A DNA stretch of 63,840 nucleotides from Hydrolagus colliei (taxonomy: Eukaryota): the NCBI GenBank assembly GCA_035084275.1, contig CM068756.1, forward strand, positions 1,426,001-1,489,840. The letters run 5' to 3'. Numbering within the stretch: position 1 is the stretch's first letter; each line of letters begins with the position of its first letter. This document shows positions 13,401-26,087 of the stretch, in pieces. The notes beneath the pieces are model-generated. The model searched no databases and was not told where the DNA came from. It saw nothing but the letters and a program-made list of their open reading frames with translations. The position numbers were made by a program, and so were the translations under genes.

Positions 13401-13881
13401 CCAAAGTACAGCAAAGAAGGGATTTAAAGAACGAAAAGAATGCAGTGTTGGAAGGTTCTCTTTCACTATTTCTCTAGCTTTGTGTTGTATGTTGAGGGCA
13501 GCAACGTTGAACTGCACACCACATGGCGACGACACAAACTGGACTGATGATTATTGGAAGCAGCAAGCTCCCAAACTCTATTTTTACACAGTATTCTTAC
13601 CCATAAGCACTCTTATCAAACGAAGGGTTCCTATCATGTGTTTGTTCATGTCAAAGAGCTTCGCATTTTACACACGGTATAAGTTGAGCTTTTTGTTGGT
13701 TTAGTCATTTAACTTCCCATTCCAACCCCATCCACAAGTGTTGCATCTTGAGATTTTAAACCTTGTTAAGAAGAAATTAAATAGGCCAAAATAGTACTGT
13801 AGTGTGACTGGGTGCCCCTGGTGACTGACTCATTGAACCACACATTTTCATATCCCAGCGAGATCACTCTACAGGAGACAC

Positions 13882-14112
13882 AAGTGAATTGACTATATTT
13901 TGTGGGCAAAACTTGGCAGCCAAGTGCACACAGCAGCGTCCCACAAACATCTGTTGGGTTAAAATGACCAATTTATTATTGTTTTTCTTGAGGGGTTATT
14001 ATCAGGCGTGCGGAGTAAGGAAACTTGCCCAAAGTTTTGCCCTGCCTGAATCGAACCCAATCGAACTCTCGCTTGTAAAGTGAGTGTTCAAACCACTGAG
14101 CTACAGGAATCC
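13882..14112 (-). mobile_element. Deu-domain tRNA-SINE including head, 3'-truncated
   Basis: On the minus strand the head reads GGATTCCTGTAGCTCAGTGG (A box) ... GGGTTCGATTC (B box-like), followed by the Deu core. Confidence 0.85.
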
Positions 14113-14509
14113 TGAAATTGGCATCTCAGTGGCCCATGGAGCATACCAGCTGGGGCAGGTGGTGAGAAGCGATACAAAGCGGAGGCAAAAGGGTTTCCCT
14201 GAGGAAACGAGCAGGGAAGGAAAAGACAAACACAACACGGAAGGGAATGCCACTCACGTGCATCTCCTAGCATCTGGCTGCAAAACTACCCAAGTGAGAA
14301 GGACCAGATGGGACTGAAAAAGACATGAGAAACAGAGCCCCAGAAAAAGGAAGCTGATCAAGGCAATGCCAATAAAAGCTGAACTATCCATCATATGGCA
14401 ACGCTTTCTGCGGGTCACGCACCCAGAACCATCCAGAGATTGAATGCGACTGCTTCGAAACCACTGGCCAAAAGGAAAAGAACATGTGTTTTTTAAAAAA
14501 AATTTACAC

Positions 14510-14830
14510 GACCAAAAGAAGCGAGCGGTTTAAAAGATAAGTTTTATAATAGCAAGCTTTTGCGCCTCATAAATATTCATTTTATGAGCTGATCTTCACA
14601 TTCCAAGCTGGTTGCAGCATGCATTCTATACCTCACCCGCCCCCCACCGACCCACAAAAAAAAAGTTTCGCTGTTGTCATGAAATAAATCTGACTTGGGT
14701 TATAAAGGAGATGTTTATCCATCAACTAATATTTCATGTCTTCTCTTCTGGCGGACAACGACTACACTCCCTCCTAAGCTGGCGCTGAATGATATTTAAA
14801 AATTTGTCGCAACACCTGCAGAATATAAAT
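14510..14830. promoter_or_regulatory. Candidate enhancer / CNE-like block
   Basis: Repeat-free and AT-rich, with posterior Hox/Cdx-type sites (ttttataa, cataaa, ttttatga, ttataaa) and a forkhead site tgtttat. Function is inferred. Confidence 0.35.
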
Positions 14831-17029
14831 CACCGCAGAGTGTTGTGGCTGGCAAGTCAGGAATTAAGTGAAGCAACACTCAAGAAAATTCAGTACACAT
14901 GATGTACAGCGTTTCACCAAACCGCAGCATACCAGCCCCCACCCCAGGATTTTTCCTTTCCATTTTCTCCCGAGCAATGTGTCTGGCAGATGTTGCTTTT
15001 AATTCACAGCTTTTACTCCTGAAGGAATCTTCCCGAGGGCTGGGTGCAGAGCCCGCTTATGTACATACAAACCCACAAAGACAATAGTTTCTGTGTATTC
15101 GAATGAACATATATGCGCACGCGCGCACACATACATAGAGTTTACCCACAAACAAGATTAAGGTTAGTTTCTTTCAATACGGTTATCAGAAAATAAGAGA
15201 GGCAGCATATTTAATAATGATATGTGGAGACACTGCGCGGCAATTTGAGACAAAGTACATCCCAGAAAAGGTATTAATTTCGCCACGTGTCCCACACTCC
15301 CAATTCGCTTCTACACTTACACAGTCTTCTTTGGACAAACCACCAAAAAATCTCTCTTAGGACCATCAATGCTCTTCCTTGTTTGACCCACCAATAAGTT
15401 CACTCAACCAAGGACAGGCCAGACCAGGCTGCCTTTTTTTTCCCCTCCAGACAGATCTGATGAAATTCACTTTGAGTGAGTGTTAATTTCAATTCATCTC
15501 AGCCCGATCTGGACTCGAGCCCTCCTTGTCAAAAAAACCCAGCGATATATACAGCTTTGAAACCAGCTGACAGTGACCAGCGTTTAGAACAGGTCTATTG
15601 ATATTCCAACTCAACAGAATTTTTTTTTTTTAGGGTTCATTTAAGGGATTCTTTTTTCTCCTGCCACAAAATAGGGGTGGTATTCATTTTGCCTGTGACA
15701 TCAATTGGCTTTGGAAGGGCTGTGGAGATGCTCGCTCTTTTCCCTTCTAGTTTGGAATGCTGGAGACCTCGAGGATAGCTAATAAAGGAGGAATGTTGCC
15801 GTTTTCTTGCCCTCTGGTGCTTTCGGCGTTTCCAATAGCGCAGCGCGAGGTAAGCTGTAGAGCTAATTAAAACTCCTGTTAAGAACCTATTGCTGTTAAA
15901 GACCCTGACTTCATCAACCCAGGCAGCTGCTCAAAATACCTGTCTATTTTTAGTTTATGTATTTTTCCCCCAAATTGAATGCAGCCCAGTAATGACAAAG
16001 AGGCTCGTTTGAGAACTAGGAAGATAAACAGAAAATTTAAGAACTTCAGAAACTGGAATCGAAAGAAAAATATTTTTCCAACTCTTAAGCAAACTAATTT
16101 TAGGTAATGTTTCCTCCGAATGACTATAAAGCAACTTCTCAAATTGCTACTTAATGTAAATAATAATATTAAAAAAAACTACAGACCACTTTTTCTCTGC
16201 TTATGTTACTTTTTGGAAATGAAAAGGACAGGCAGCAGTGAGCAGGTTCATCAACCACATCCTGATCTACACACTACAATGATGTAGGTTCAAACCTCCA
16301 GAAATTGCCCTTCTAAAGCGTTTACAATGTGGAAACCAGGGAGGCGAGGTTGCCCCAGTATTCCCAATGCAGCAGCTCACTTACCTTGCAAGCCTGAAAA
16401 CTTTCAGCCATGACTCAATTCCAGGGTATTCCTTCCCCTCTCCCACCCCACCCACCTCAATATCTCACCCAAGTGGACCATTTATATTGAAGACGAGACA
16501 GCAGATTATTGAACCATGGTGGAGGGTGGGGGACAGAGAAGGACTACAGTCCTATCCAATCCTATTTTTGTCGACCATCCAACTGAGCACAAACCGTGAA
16601 TCAAAACTGGGGACTTCCAAGGAATAGTGATAATTTCACCTTCAAAATAAATCTTTCCGAGGTGACCAGCTGGTGTTACAATTTGAAGCGGGCAGTGTGA
16701 TCACATCAGCCATTCCGAGTAGCTGTGAACACTCTCACCTGATGGGTATGACAAGAAGATGGTGATGAAGTGGGAGAGTGGTCGGGGAGGACGTGCGAAG
16801 CCTGTTAATGGCCGGGAGCTGATGATAAAACGAGCACCTTGATCGGAGAGAAACTCACCATCAAAATAATGAACGGGGATCTTCTGGCTGAAATTTTGAA
16901 TTTTTAAAAAATATATAAAAACACAGCAAATGTGAAAACAACGAGATAACAGGGGAAGTGGCCAAGTCAAACCATCCCTGCCCTGCCCTGTTTCCCACTG
17001 TGCTTTAGGGGCTCCCAATCATTCAACAT

Positions 17030-17165
17030 AATACAACAACAAAATTACACTTGTCTAGCGTCTTTCACGTCAGGAAGATGTCCCACGGTGCTGAACAGTC
17101 ACAGTGTCAGACCCGAGCTGGGGATGGGGTGGGGGAAGGAAGGTTGGTGGGATTAGGAGTTGCAG
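17030..17165 (-). mobile_element. L2 3' tail fragment
   Basis: 'caacaacaaaattacacttgtctagcgtctttcacgtcaggaagatgtccc...gacccgagctggg' parallels 20324-20420. Confidence 0.7.
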
Positions 17166-19819
17166 ATGGGACCAGACAATGTGATACCTAAGTGGCCACC
17201 CTTTGCAGATGGCTGGGACAACCATTAAAAGGCACAAGTACAATCCCAACCTGACCTCAAAGCCAGTCCCAAAAAAGTTTTATTTTAAATCCTTATTTCA
17301 TCGGCTTAGAGAAAATGACCAAGTTCAATCACCGAACCACACTGGCTCAGTCACTCTGTCAGAATTCTCTTTCTACCAGAAATAGCCATAGGGGTATGTC
17401 ATAGCCCATCCAGTGTTTATCTCAGAATTGTTGCTATACTCTACTTGCAGTTTATCTCTGGCCTCTTGCTCTCCTCCCTCTTTGCCTACATATAATGGTC
17501 TGGTCCCACAGAAAGAGGCGCTCTGTGAGGCAGTGCCTTCCTTCCACAGTGTGGGGGCGAGGCAAACTTCCAAGAGAGAAGCTCTGAAACATCAGTGACG
17601 CCCCCATCCCCGTCCCTGGAAGGGGGGTTGTCGGGGGTGTCCCGACTGCACCATCTTACGCAGGTTCATAATGAAATACCATCCGTTGTGCTGTGGTGCT
17701 GTGAGATTTCCTCTCTCAGCTTTAATAACATTTGGTAGACAGGATAAATGGACACTGAGTTTTTCTGCAGCAAAATCAAGGGGAAAAAGGACAGCCAGGG
17801 TCCAATATAAACCATATTGGGGGAGGAGGGGTGGGGGGGGACATGGTGGGGGTGGTGGGGTGGGAAGGTGAAGACAGTATACTTTTTAAATAACCTAAAG
17901 CTAGTCTAATTAACTTTTTTTTCAGAAGATTTGAGAAACACAATCTCAGCAGTTAATACTTCCCACTTATGCCTCAGGGCAGCGCAACAAACTGCTACTC
18001 TGCAATTACCAAGCTTCGCAACCTCATAATACTGCACAGTTTATTAGAGCGTGTATTAAAAGCAGTCTTACAAAGGGAACCACCTCATTCCGCACAATGA
18101 CGCTAAGTTGTTGACGGATTTCTTCCTTTTCTTTTCTGCTGTTCGCAATGTATCTTTCCACCCAGCCTACAACACTCCACCCGACCCACTCCCCCAATCG
18201 CCTTGCCTCCCCCGTTCCTTGGCAGCTGAACCCAACTCGCCACCGCAAAAAGGTTGTTTTGGATGTGAATCTATCATGACCTTTGCTGACACGGTGAAGT
18301 GTTCCCATGTAAGCTGAGCTAGGGCAATAAGCTTGTGTAATTAGCTGAAGGCCAGTAATTGCAGCTCGAAATTGCACTGGACAAATAATACCAGGATTAC
18401 CACTGGGACCTCAGAGGGTCATAACCCACAGTCCAAGACATACGCTGATGGAAAATTTAAAAAAATCACTCGGCTAAGTTTACTTCACCAGCTCGCTGTA
18501 CTTAACTTACAGTCAGTAGCCAACACGAGTAGACAACCCGGAGTTCATAATTTTTTACACCGCACGTCTGTGTCGTAAGCGGGTTCGGAGAGGCTGTAAT
18601 ATGCACTGACCTCTGGGTACAAGGAAGGTAACACCTGTTTGTTTCTGTGCCACTGTTATTACTGTTAATTACACGTTTGCAGCAACTCAGCAATGTTGCT
18701 GAGAATCCCTCAGCGCCACGCAACAACCGCGTTTGTAACAGCAAGCGGGGGGAAAAGAGACTGCCACCGCATCGCGGAATGGGCTTGCTTCATTATTTCA
18801 GCCCCGCAAAAATCTCCGAGCTCACTCTGGGCGCAGTGTGAGGATTTGTTTTGTTGTTCCTTTTTTAAAAAAAAAGTAAAACTTATTTCAAACTCTTGCC
18901 AACAGGATTTCCTCCTCCCACCCCCCCAACCCCCCACCCACCACCCCACTTCCCAGTACCCCACCCCTCCCCCAGCGCAGCACAACGACAAACCGTGAAG
19001 GAAGAAATTAACCACCAATATGTTAACCAAGGCTTTTGGCATCCGCTCATCGAATCTGAGGCAGAAACACAGCCCTGAACCGAATGGCAACGGGTATGAG
19101 AGGTGCTATATTTTACCCGTCAGTCACCCTCATCTTCACCACAGTGAATGGACAAGATCCATGTTGACAAGTCTTTGTGAAATACCAGTAGAGTTCTTAT
19201 CCAGTGACAGCATTTGAAGGGGATGACTGTTTGACCAGTTTGTCCTCAAGTCAATTACGGTTTATCAATTAACGTACGGACGGAGGAGCAGCAGGAAATG
19301 GTTGCTTTACCCCCTTCAGCCCCGGGCCAAAGGCATCAGCCTCTGTGCATTAACCTCTCGAGCACCAGGCTCGCATTCCATCAATGAGCAGAACAAACAA
19401 GACTTTCTCACCACATAAGGAAGACAGGAAAGGGGTCGATTTAATGGTGCTGCTGAAAAAAAGAGCAAAGAGCCAACAACAAACAAACGCGGCTTGCTTA
19501 CTTATTGCAAACGATAGGCTCCACACATTGAAAGCTCATATAATCTTCCTGCCCTGGGCTCTGAGGCCATCATTCAGAAGACTTCTAGTAAGATTTCTCT
19601 AAGGAAGAGGGGCGGGATGAAATGGAGAAAGAGGGGATTTGCTCTTTTTTTCTCCCACCAGCAACAGATGGAATTCAAAGAAATGGGAGAAATGCACTGT
19701 CTTTATTTCCAGCAGGAATCAAACAGGCATGGGGAGAATAGCAGAGTTGAACATGCGCGCAGTGGAATCGGTGAGAGTAAAGATGAAATATTGCCGATGA
19801 GGACATCTAGGTGGCCCAA

Positions 19820-19905
19820 CATTTAAATACCTTGTGATGTTTTAAAGCACTCTGGGACACTATCTTGCATGAGCGTAGCTATATAAATACGAGTTGTTGT
19901 TGTTG
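19820..19905 (+). mobile_element. L2/SINE 3' tail remnant
   Basis: 'aaagcactctgggac...gctatataaatacgagttgttgttgttg'. Confidence 0.55.
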
Positions 19906-20323
19906 GTGTGAGGGCTGAGAAATACAAAAAGAAAGACACCCAATCCAATTTCCAACTATTGCTTTGGGCAATAGTGGGACATGCTACTGCTCGTCAGTCA
20001 GCGCTGCACAGTGGGGGAAGGACTGAGAAAATCAGCCACAGCTCGGGTCTGGGGAGGAGGAGGCGGCAACTGAATAGCATCAGAGCAGTGCCATGATCCA
20101 ACCCTCAAGTCAAGTGCAAAAATACTGTTCCTTCCTTCCTGCAGCTCAATGCTAATGTCAAGCTCTGGCTTGATGCCAATCAAACCCTTCACTGTTCCCA
20201 CGTTGTCAGTGCAAAAATATTCCAAACCCTCCAAGCTTGAACCAGAGAAAGCTAGTTTTTATGTATATATATATATATATATATAGATATATTAAAAATC
20301 ACTCAGTCCATTTGCACCAGCCT

Positions 20324-20700
20324 CAACAACAACAACTTGCACTTATAGAACGCCTTTCACGTCGGGAGGATGTCCCAAGGCGCTGCACAGGAGGCGTGTG
20401 ACCTGAGCTGGGAGGAGAGTGTTCGGGAGGGGGTAGAAAACGTGGGGGAGGTCGAATAATGAGGGGGGGAACAGAAGGCACGGTCGAAAAGGAAAGTCTT
20501 CAAACCGGCCTTGAAAGAGGAAAGGGAGGAAACAAGGCGGAGGGATTGGGGGATGGAATTCCATAGGGTGGGAGCGGAGAAACTGAAGGCCCGGCCTCCG
20601 ATGGTGGGGCGGTTCGGGCGGGGGGCTTGGAGCAAACCAAGTGCTGCTGAACGGAGGGTCCGGGTGCGCTATAGGATGAGAGAGCCTCATTGCTGGGGAG
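20324..20700 (-). mobile_element. L2 LINE 3' fragment (ORF2 C-terminus, 3'UTR and (TTG)n tail)
   Basis: Minus-strand peptide RTLRSAALGLLQAPRPNRPTIGGRAFSFSAPTLWNSIPQSLRLVSSLSSFKAGLKTFLF is a typical L2 ORF2 C-terminus, followed by a gttgttgttg tail. Confidence 0.9.
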
Positions 20701-21689
20701 GAGGGGGAAGGAGGGCCGGAAAAATAGTTTCCCAGTGTTTGATCCAAAATACAGTAATTGAAACATTTCTCTGACTGCATTTGACGTTTGAGAGCTTTCG
20801 CTCATTTGCACTGACTTTTACAGTTGTTATTTTCTCGTGCTGCGGTGGAAGTGATGTGCGAGCGTTATTCTCTCACTGCTGGAGCAGTTCTGCTCTGCAG
20901 CTAACAATCGCTCTGCGACCAGGGAGTGAACCTTGCTATTTTAAAGAGAAAAAAACTGATTGACGCACATTGTTGGCGAAACACCAACCTTGTTCCCAGC
21001 CCTATTACTCGATGACCCAAATATCCAGCAGCAGCAACAACAACGAATTACGCTTGTATCATGTCGGGAGGTAAACGCCACATGTGAATGTGATCTGAAG
21101 GTGCAGCTCCACTGGAACATTCATTCACAGCCTGGTTTTCGTCGTAAGCAAGGAAACACAACGCCCGCTCAACCAAGTGGTCTGAACACGGCTGATGCGT
21201 CAGAATTATTCTCTACCTTCCTTTTTATTATGTGCACAGCACTATTAAAGCTCCTGCTGTGCAGATTGTGCAGTTACATACTTAAAACATCTAATTCACT
21301 CGAGGCTATAATTTCAGCATGAGCAGTAACCAATATTAGCTGGAAATATCTGCAATGTTTTTGGATTATCTGAAGTATATTTCTGACACTATCACTTTAC
21401 TAGAGAGAAACAGAGAGAGAGAGAATGTTTTAACCCCTTCTTCCTCAAACAATGAAACACAGAGGTGAGGCAACACCTCTCGAAGGCCTGTCAAAATACA
21501 CCAATCTTTCCTTTCTTTGCTTGTCAATGAGGTCCTCTCCCTTAAGACACCGGTTCCCATCCATGTTATAGCCTACCTGGGATTTCCAGAGTCAATAAAC
21601 TTTGCCTCTAGTTGCAGTGAAAGTTCCAAGGATACATGGTCAAGAACGCCCACTGTCATTCCTGATGGGCAAAGTCATCAGCTGATGTA

Positions 21690-21815
21690 TCACTGGCTAA
21701 GCGCACCAAAAGCTCCCTGGTTCAATAACCAGTCTGTGTTTCATTAACTGATCTTATCAAGGGCAGCATTTCAAGGTGCTATATTGGCCTCAGTGCCCTT
21801 GGGCTAGGGACGAGA
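21690..21815 (+). mobile_element. Ancient SINE fragment (AmnSINE2-like)
   Basis: 'cctggttcaataaccagtctgtg...taactgatct...gggcagca...gtgctatattggcctcagtgcccttgggctaggga' matches the recalled AmnSINE2 core. Partial second copy at 2655. Confidence 0.45.
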
Positions 21816-22789
21816 ACACTGGGTGAGAATAGCAAACAACATAAATCAGCACCTTCCATGGAAGGGAGAGGGTGGAAGGGGAAGAGAGAAAAGAAACACA
21901 GTCAAACAAAAAAAAACTAAAATTTTCTGTGTCTCAAAGAAAGGAGACCGAGATGAGAAGTAGATTGTCCACAGATCAAACCCTATTCTGATGTGGATGT
22001 ATTTGTAACTTATATATGTGTGTTGAGTGGAATTCAATTACTGTGATCCTGCCAGTCCTTACGAAATAGGCCAAGGTACCCTACACAAACGGGTCCAAAA
22101 CAACACCATGAAGACTAAATAAAAGCGATTTGATTTCATGTTTTTCATATCAATTTTTTTAATAGAAATTTTAATCGGATCAGTACTGAGCTTCACTTTA
22201 AAGTAATTTTGAAAAGGATCGCATTATCAGTGGGTGGGGGGAGGAGTTGAGAAAGTGGGTACGTGCGGGTGTGAAATGCACTGAAAAGCAAACACTGAAA
22301 AGAGGAATCTGCACTTAATTCTTGGCTCTGAGAACATTGCTTTCTAAAAAAAAAATCTCTCTACAGTTTATAAAAACTTCCCTTGCTGGATACAACACTT
22401 TATTTCCAGCCTGGGATGCCTTCCAAAAGCCTTAGGATACTCCCAGCCTTAACAATTGAAGGTAGGCACGGGCGGTAGTCCAACTGGTGGAGACGTCACC
22501 AAAAGCGCGTGTGAACAGGTTAAGCTCTGCTCTTTACTCGATTTACTCCACAGAAACACTGAACCAAAATCAGCCTTAAGGTTACAAGGATTTACGTGTT
22601 ATAGAGGGGAAGCCAAGGCAGGAGGGGGCGGGTAAGGGGGAAATAAATCAATGGATTAAGAAAGTGAATCCAGGAGATGAATTTCATTTCTTTACACAGT
22701 GCCTGTCAAAAAACACCTTGATGGTAACCACTGTCATGCTTAGCAAATTTTTTTTTTTGTAGGCAACCTCATTTTTCTCCCCCTTACAA

Positions 22790-23190
22790 ACAGATTTGAG
22801 GAGCACTCAAAAGATTTATTTGTGGCCTGGAAACAAGAAATTCCCTTCTTTTTTTGAACAGTGCCATGGGATCTTTACAGCGTGTCCGAATAATAATAAT
22901 CATGTAATAATTCTTGCATTTTTGATGCAGCACTTTTCATGTCTTCGAGGCGTCCCAAAGCGCTTCACAGAGTATACACTGCAAAGTGAATTGTATATTT
23001 GCGGATGGAACAATGCTAGCTGGGTTTAATGCGGTGCGTCCAAAGGATAATGCTTCCACCATCACAGAACTCCTTCCTCCCAGAACTATGATGGGAGTGT
23101 CAACCTGGACTATGAGCCCCCAAAGTGAGCCTTGAAGCCATAAATTTCGGTGCGAGTGACGAGGGTACTGTCACTGAACCTAGCTGACCC
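22790..23190 (-). mobile_element. Old SacSINE1-like SINE interrupted by a younger SINE tail (22890-23005)
   Basis: 'gaacagtgccatgggatctttac' body and 'gtgtcaacctggactatgagc...gtactgtcactgaacctagctgac' head flank an inserted 'taataataat...caaagcgcttcacaga' segment. Confidence 0.65.
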
Positions 23191-24404
23191 AACTGGTGCT
23201 GTGAACGAAGGCTGCCGAGGTCCCTGAACCATCAGCACGACTAAATACAGTGATTACAATGTTCATTCACACAGAGCAGTCACCCCACGATGCACTACAG
23301 CGTTGCAATGATATTAAGGTTGAAAGTGCATCAAAAAACAGAACAGACAGTGTTTTGGGCCGATTTGAGACAGAAGCAACCTGTTGAGAGCTTAACAGTT
23401 TCTCTTGAAACAACGGCCACGGCACCTTTGATGCTTGACACATGCAGTTCTTAGTCATTTCGTGTTTATAGAAGGCCTCTCAGCTACAAGGTGTTTCTTT
23501 GAAAAGGATAGCGCATACGGATATGGAAGCGACTCCGTCATTGCTTTGGCTGTTTTTGAGCTAGGGCAGTGGATTTAGTTACTGTCTTATCAAAATCTGC
23601 ACTTCCCAGCAACTGTAAAGATAACGGCTTGGTTCGATATGATTGTGGCACTGAGGACCGAGTTCAGATGAAAACCACCGTTTATTTATACATTTTCAGC
23701 GCGCAAAACCCCGCAAAGTGGCCACTCTCCAGACTGCGTTTTTTTTTATAAACTCCTGGTACGTTCAAGGCAAACCCAGACCATTATCCAGTCTGACAGA
23801 CAGAAGTCAATCACCAACTTAATCCAGGTAGAATTTAGTTCAACTGAACCGCATTGGAGGAGGACGGCAGTAAAACGCTGCCTGACACTTACCCTCAATG
23901 AGTAACTCAACAGGTTTTACTGCAAATTTACACTCCCAGAGGTGGATGTGAATTTTGAAGGGGGGAAGGGGAAGGGGTGGGTAGATGGAGACAGAGGAGA
24001 AAGCGTGAAAGAGACTTCCACAACATTTTGTACAAGATACTTTTTTTAAAAAAAAATGCTAGACAATGTGCTGGTTGCAAAGGTTGATTGAAAAAAACTG
24101 AAATGAATTATCAGTGACAGAAATAGTATGTTGCAGATCACATTGAGAATATTATCCCCCCAAATCACCGAGTAAAATTGATCACTGAGCAAACTGACTG
24201 CATCAAAATCTCCTGTAATTGACCTTCCTATTTGATACCAAGTATCTGGAGTGCTTGATACCAGACTATTCTCGGAAGCACACTGACTGGGGGAAGGATC
24301 TGAATAATTGTTAAAGGCACACTCCCGTTGTAAAAGATCTGCCCTGATGACTGCAGTTAATGTGTTATTTTGACTATTGATGTAGTTTTATGTTCTCTCC
24401 CACC

Positions 24405-24520
24405 CCTTAGCACGGAGGGTTGTTAGAATGTGGCACGCTTTATCACATTAGCGACTGAAGCCAAATTTTGTACACATCGGTCAACAGAGAACCGGGAAAA
24501 TACTTGGGGAAGAATAGCAT
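24405..24520 (+). mobile_element. Degraded CR1 3' fragment
   Basis: 'cggagggttgttagaatgtggcacgcttta' reads RRVVRMWHAL, resembling the CR1 RVVxxWNxL motif. Confidence 0.45.
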
Positions 24521-24521
24521 C

Positions 24522-24681
24522 TAATAATAAGAAGAAGGAGCAGTGCATTTGATATAGTGCCTTCTCATCTTGTTGAGAAGTCTCAAAGCGCTTCACAGAA
24601 AATATTGTAATGTGGATTCACTGTACATTTTGTGGGCAGAGAATTGCACACAGCATTGTCCCGCAAACAGTTGCGGATTGA
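24522..24681 (-). mobile_element. Deu-domain SINE, 5'-truncated
   Basis: Tail, 'tctcaaagcgcttcacagaa' and 'aattgcacacagcattgtcccgcaaacag'. Confidence 0.8.
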
Positions 24682-25794
24682 TGTCGGGAAAGGAGAGAGA
24701 AATAGGATAAGAGCAGACAATTGCTCTGGGGGTGGGATTGGGGAGAGTGCATCAGACCCACAGGGAGCATCGCTCAGCATGAGGCACGTCAACACGCTAT
24801 GTCACTGCACTCTACCTGGAAAAAAAATTAATTACGTTATAACTGCCCACACTTGTGCGCTGTTCAAAAGTCAGTACAACAGGTGAAAATACTGCGAAAT
24901 TACAAGTTATTCAGAATCAGTTTTTTTTTGCAGAAAAAATTGAATTTGACCTTTATTATTAACTTAACTTAATTTAAAAAAAAGAATGATGCTCTGTTAG
25001 CCAAACCGTGCAGACACAATCCCGAGGAGGGTTGTGCTATCAACTGGATTCCAAAAGAAAACAATGCAAATGATTTTTGGAGGACAGTGTCGAAGGGCCT
25101 GAAGTTCACCGGAGTGAAAGAGAGAGAGATCGTCTGAATAAAGTGTCTCAAAGTCCTTTGAAGCCCACAGCTTTGGCTTTGAGGGCCTCTAACCAGTTTG
25201 TCCCTGGGGGCCTAATTCTGATCTGTGAGCTGCCTGCCCTGACACATACATCTCAGGTGACTAGGGTTCCTGCATTTTTCCGGCCCTGTCTCTAAAAGCC
25301 ATTCATTAAAGAGATCCTATTCCGCGCAGACCGAAGAAAATATTGTCTTGTATCGTCTTAATGGGAAATAATTATAAGGTACATATTCACAATGGGGCAC
25401 ACCAGAGGCAAAAAAGCCACACAGTGGATAGGAACAAAGAGACCCATAATTATCAGCCTAGTTTTCCAAATATAATAGATGCCAGCATTTGGTTACATGC
25501 ATGGATTTAAAGTCACCTTCTCTCTTTATTCTCATTGTTATACTATATTGTCAGGGTGTTGCTTTGGCTTCAGTTACGTACAAAGGCTGTTCCCCGGCAG
25601 AAATCTTTTTTTAAAAAAAGTGCAGGACAATGAGGCTGTAGCCACCGCTTAACACCTTCGCTTGCTGCTGAGCTTAGCACCTGGTCAGACAAGAATTGTG
25701 TGAGAACTGTGTCTCAGCACCCACTGTCTCACCCAGACGTTTCTCTACCCCAGGCTTTATGTTACATTGTGAGGCTATTTGTTCTTAAAGCTGA

Positions 25795-26087
25795 ACAGGG
25801 CAGATCCCAAGTGGATTCAAACGAGAATGCCTTTCCTGTCCTCATGTACTTTCGAGGATTCGAAAAAGAGAAGGGAGTTTCTCCCAGTGTCCTGACCAAC
25901 AAATGCCCAGATAAAACTGGCCATCATTTAATGGCTGTTTGTGAGATACTACCAGATGCAAACCAGCTGCTACGCTTACCAAAAATACAGTCACTGTACT
26001 TTACACTGAAACCCGTGAAGTACTTTTAGACGCCCTTCTAAATTGAAAAGCATTATATCAAATATTAAGTATTATTATTATTATTAC
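25795..26087 (+). mobile_element. SacSINE1-like SINE body with (TTA)n tail
   Basis: 'gggagtttctcccagtgtcctgaccaac', 'ggctgtttgtgagat' and the tail 'atatcaaatattaagtattattatta'. Confidence 0.65.

Noticed and set aside
13137-13704. Overlapping 132/171-aa ORFs with a minus-strand acceptor near 13355
   Set aside because: No recognisable homology, and the other two minus-strand frames contain stops. Support is insufficient
20357-20635. 92-aa ORF as a host gene
   Set aside because: It is the L2 ORF2 C-terminus
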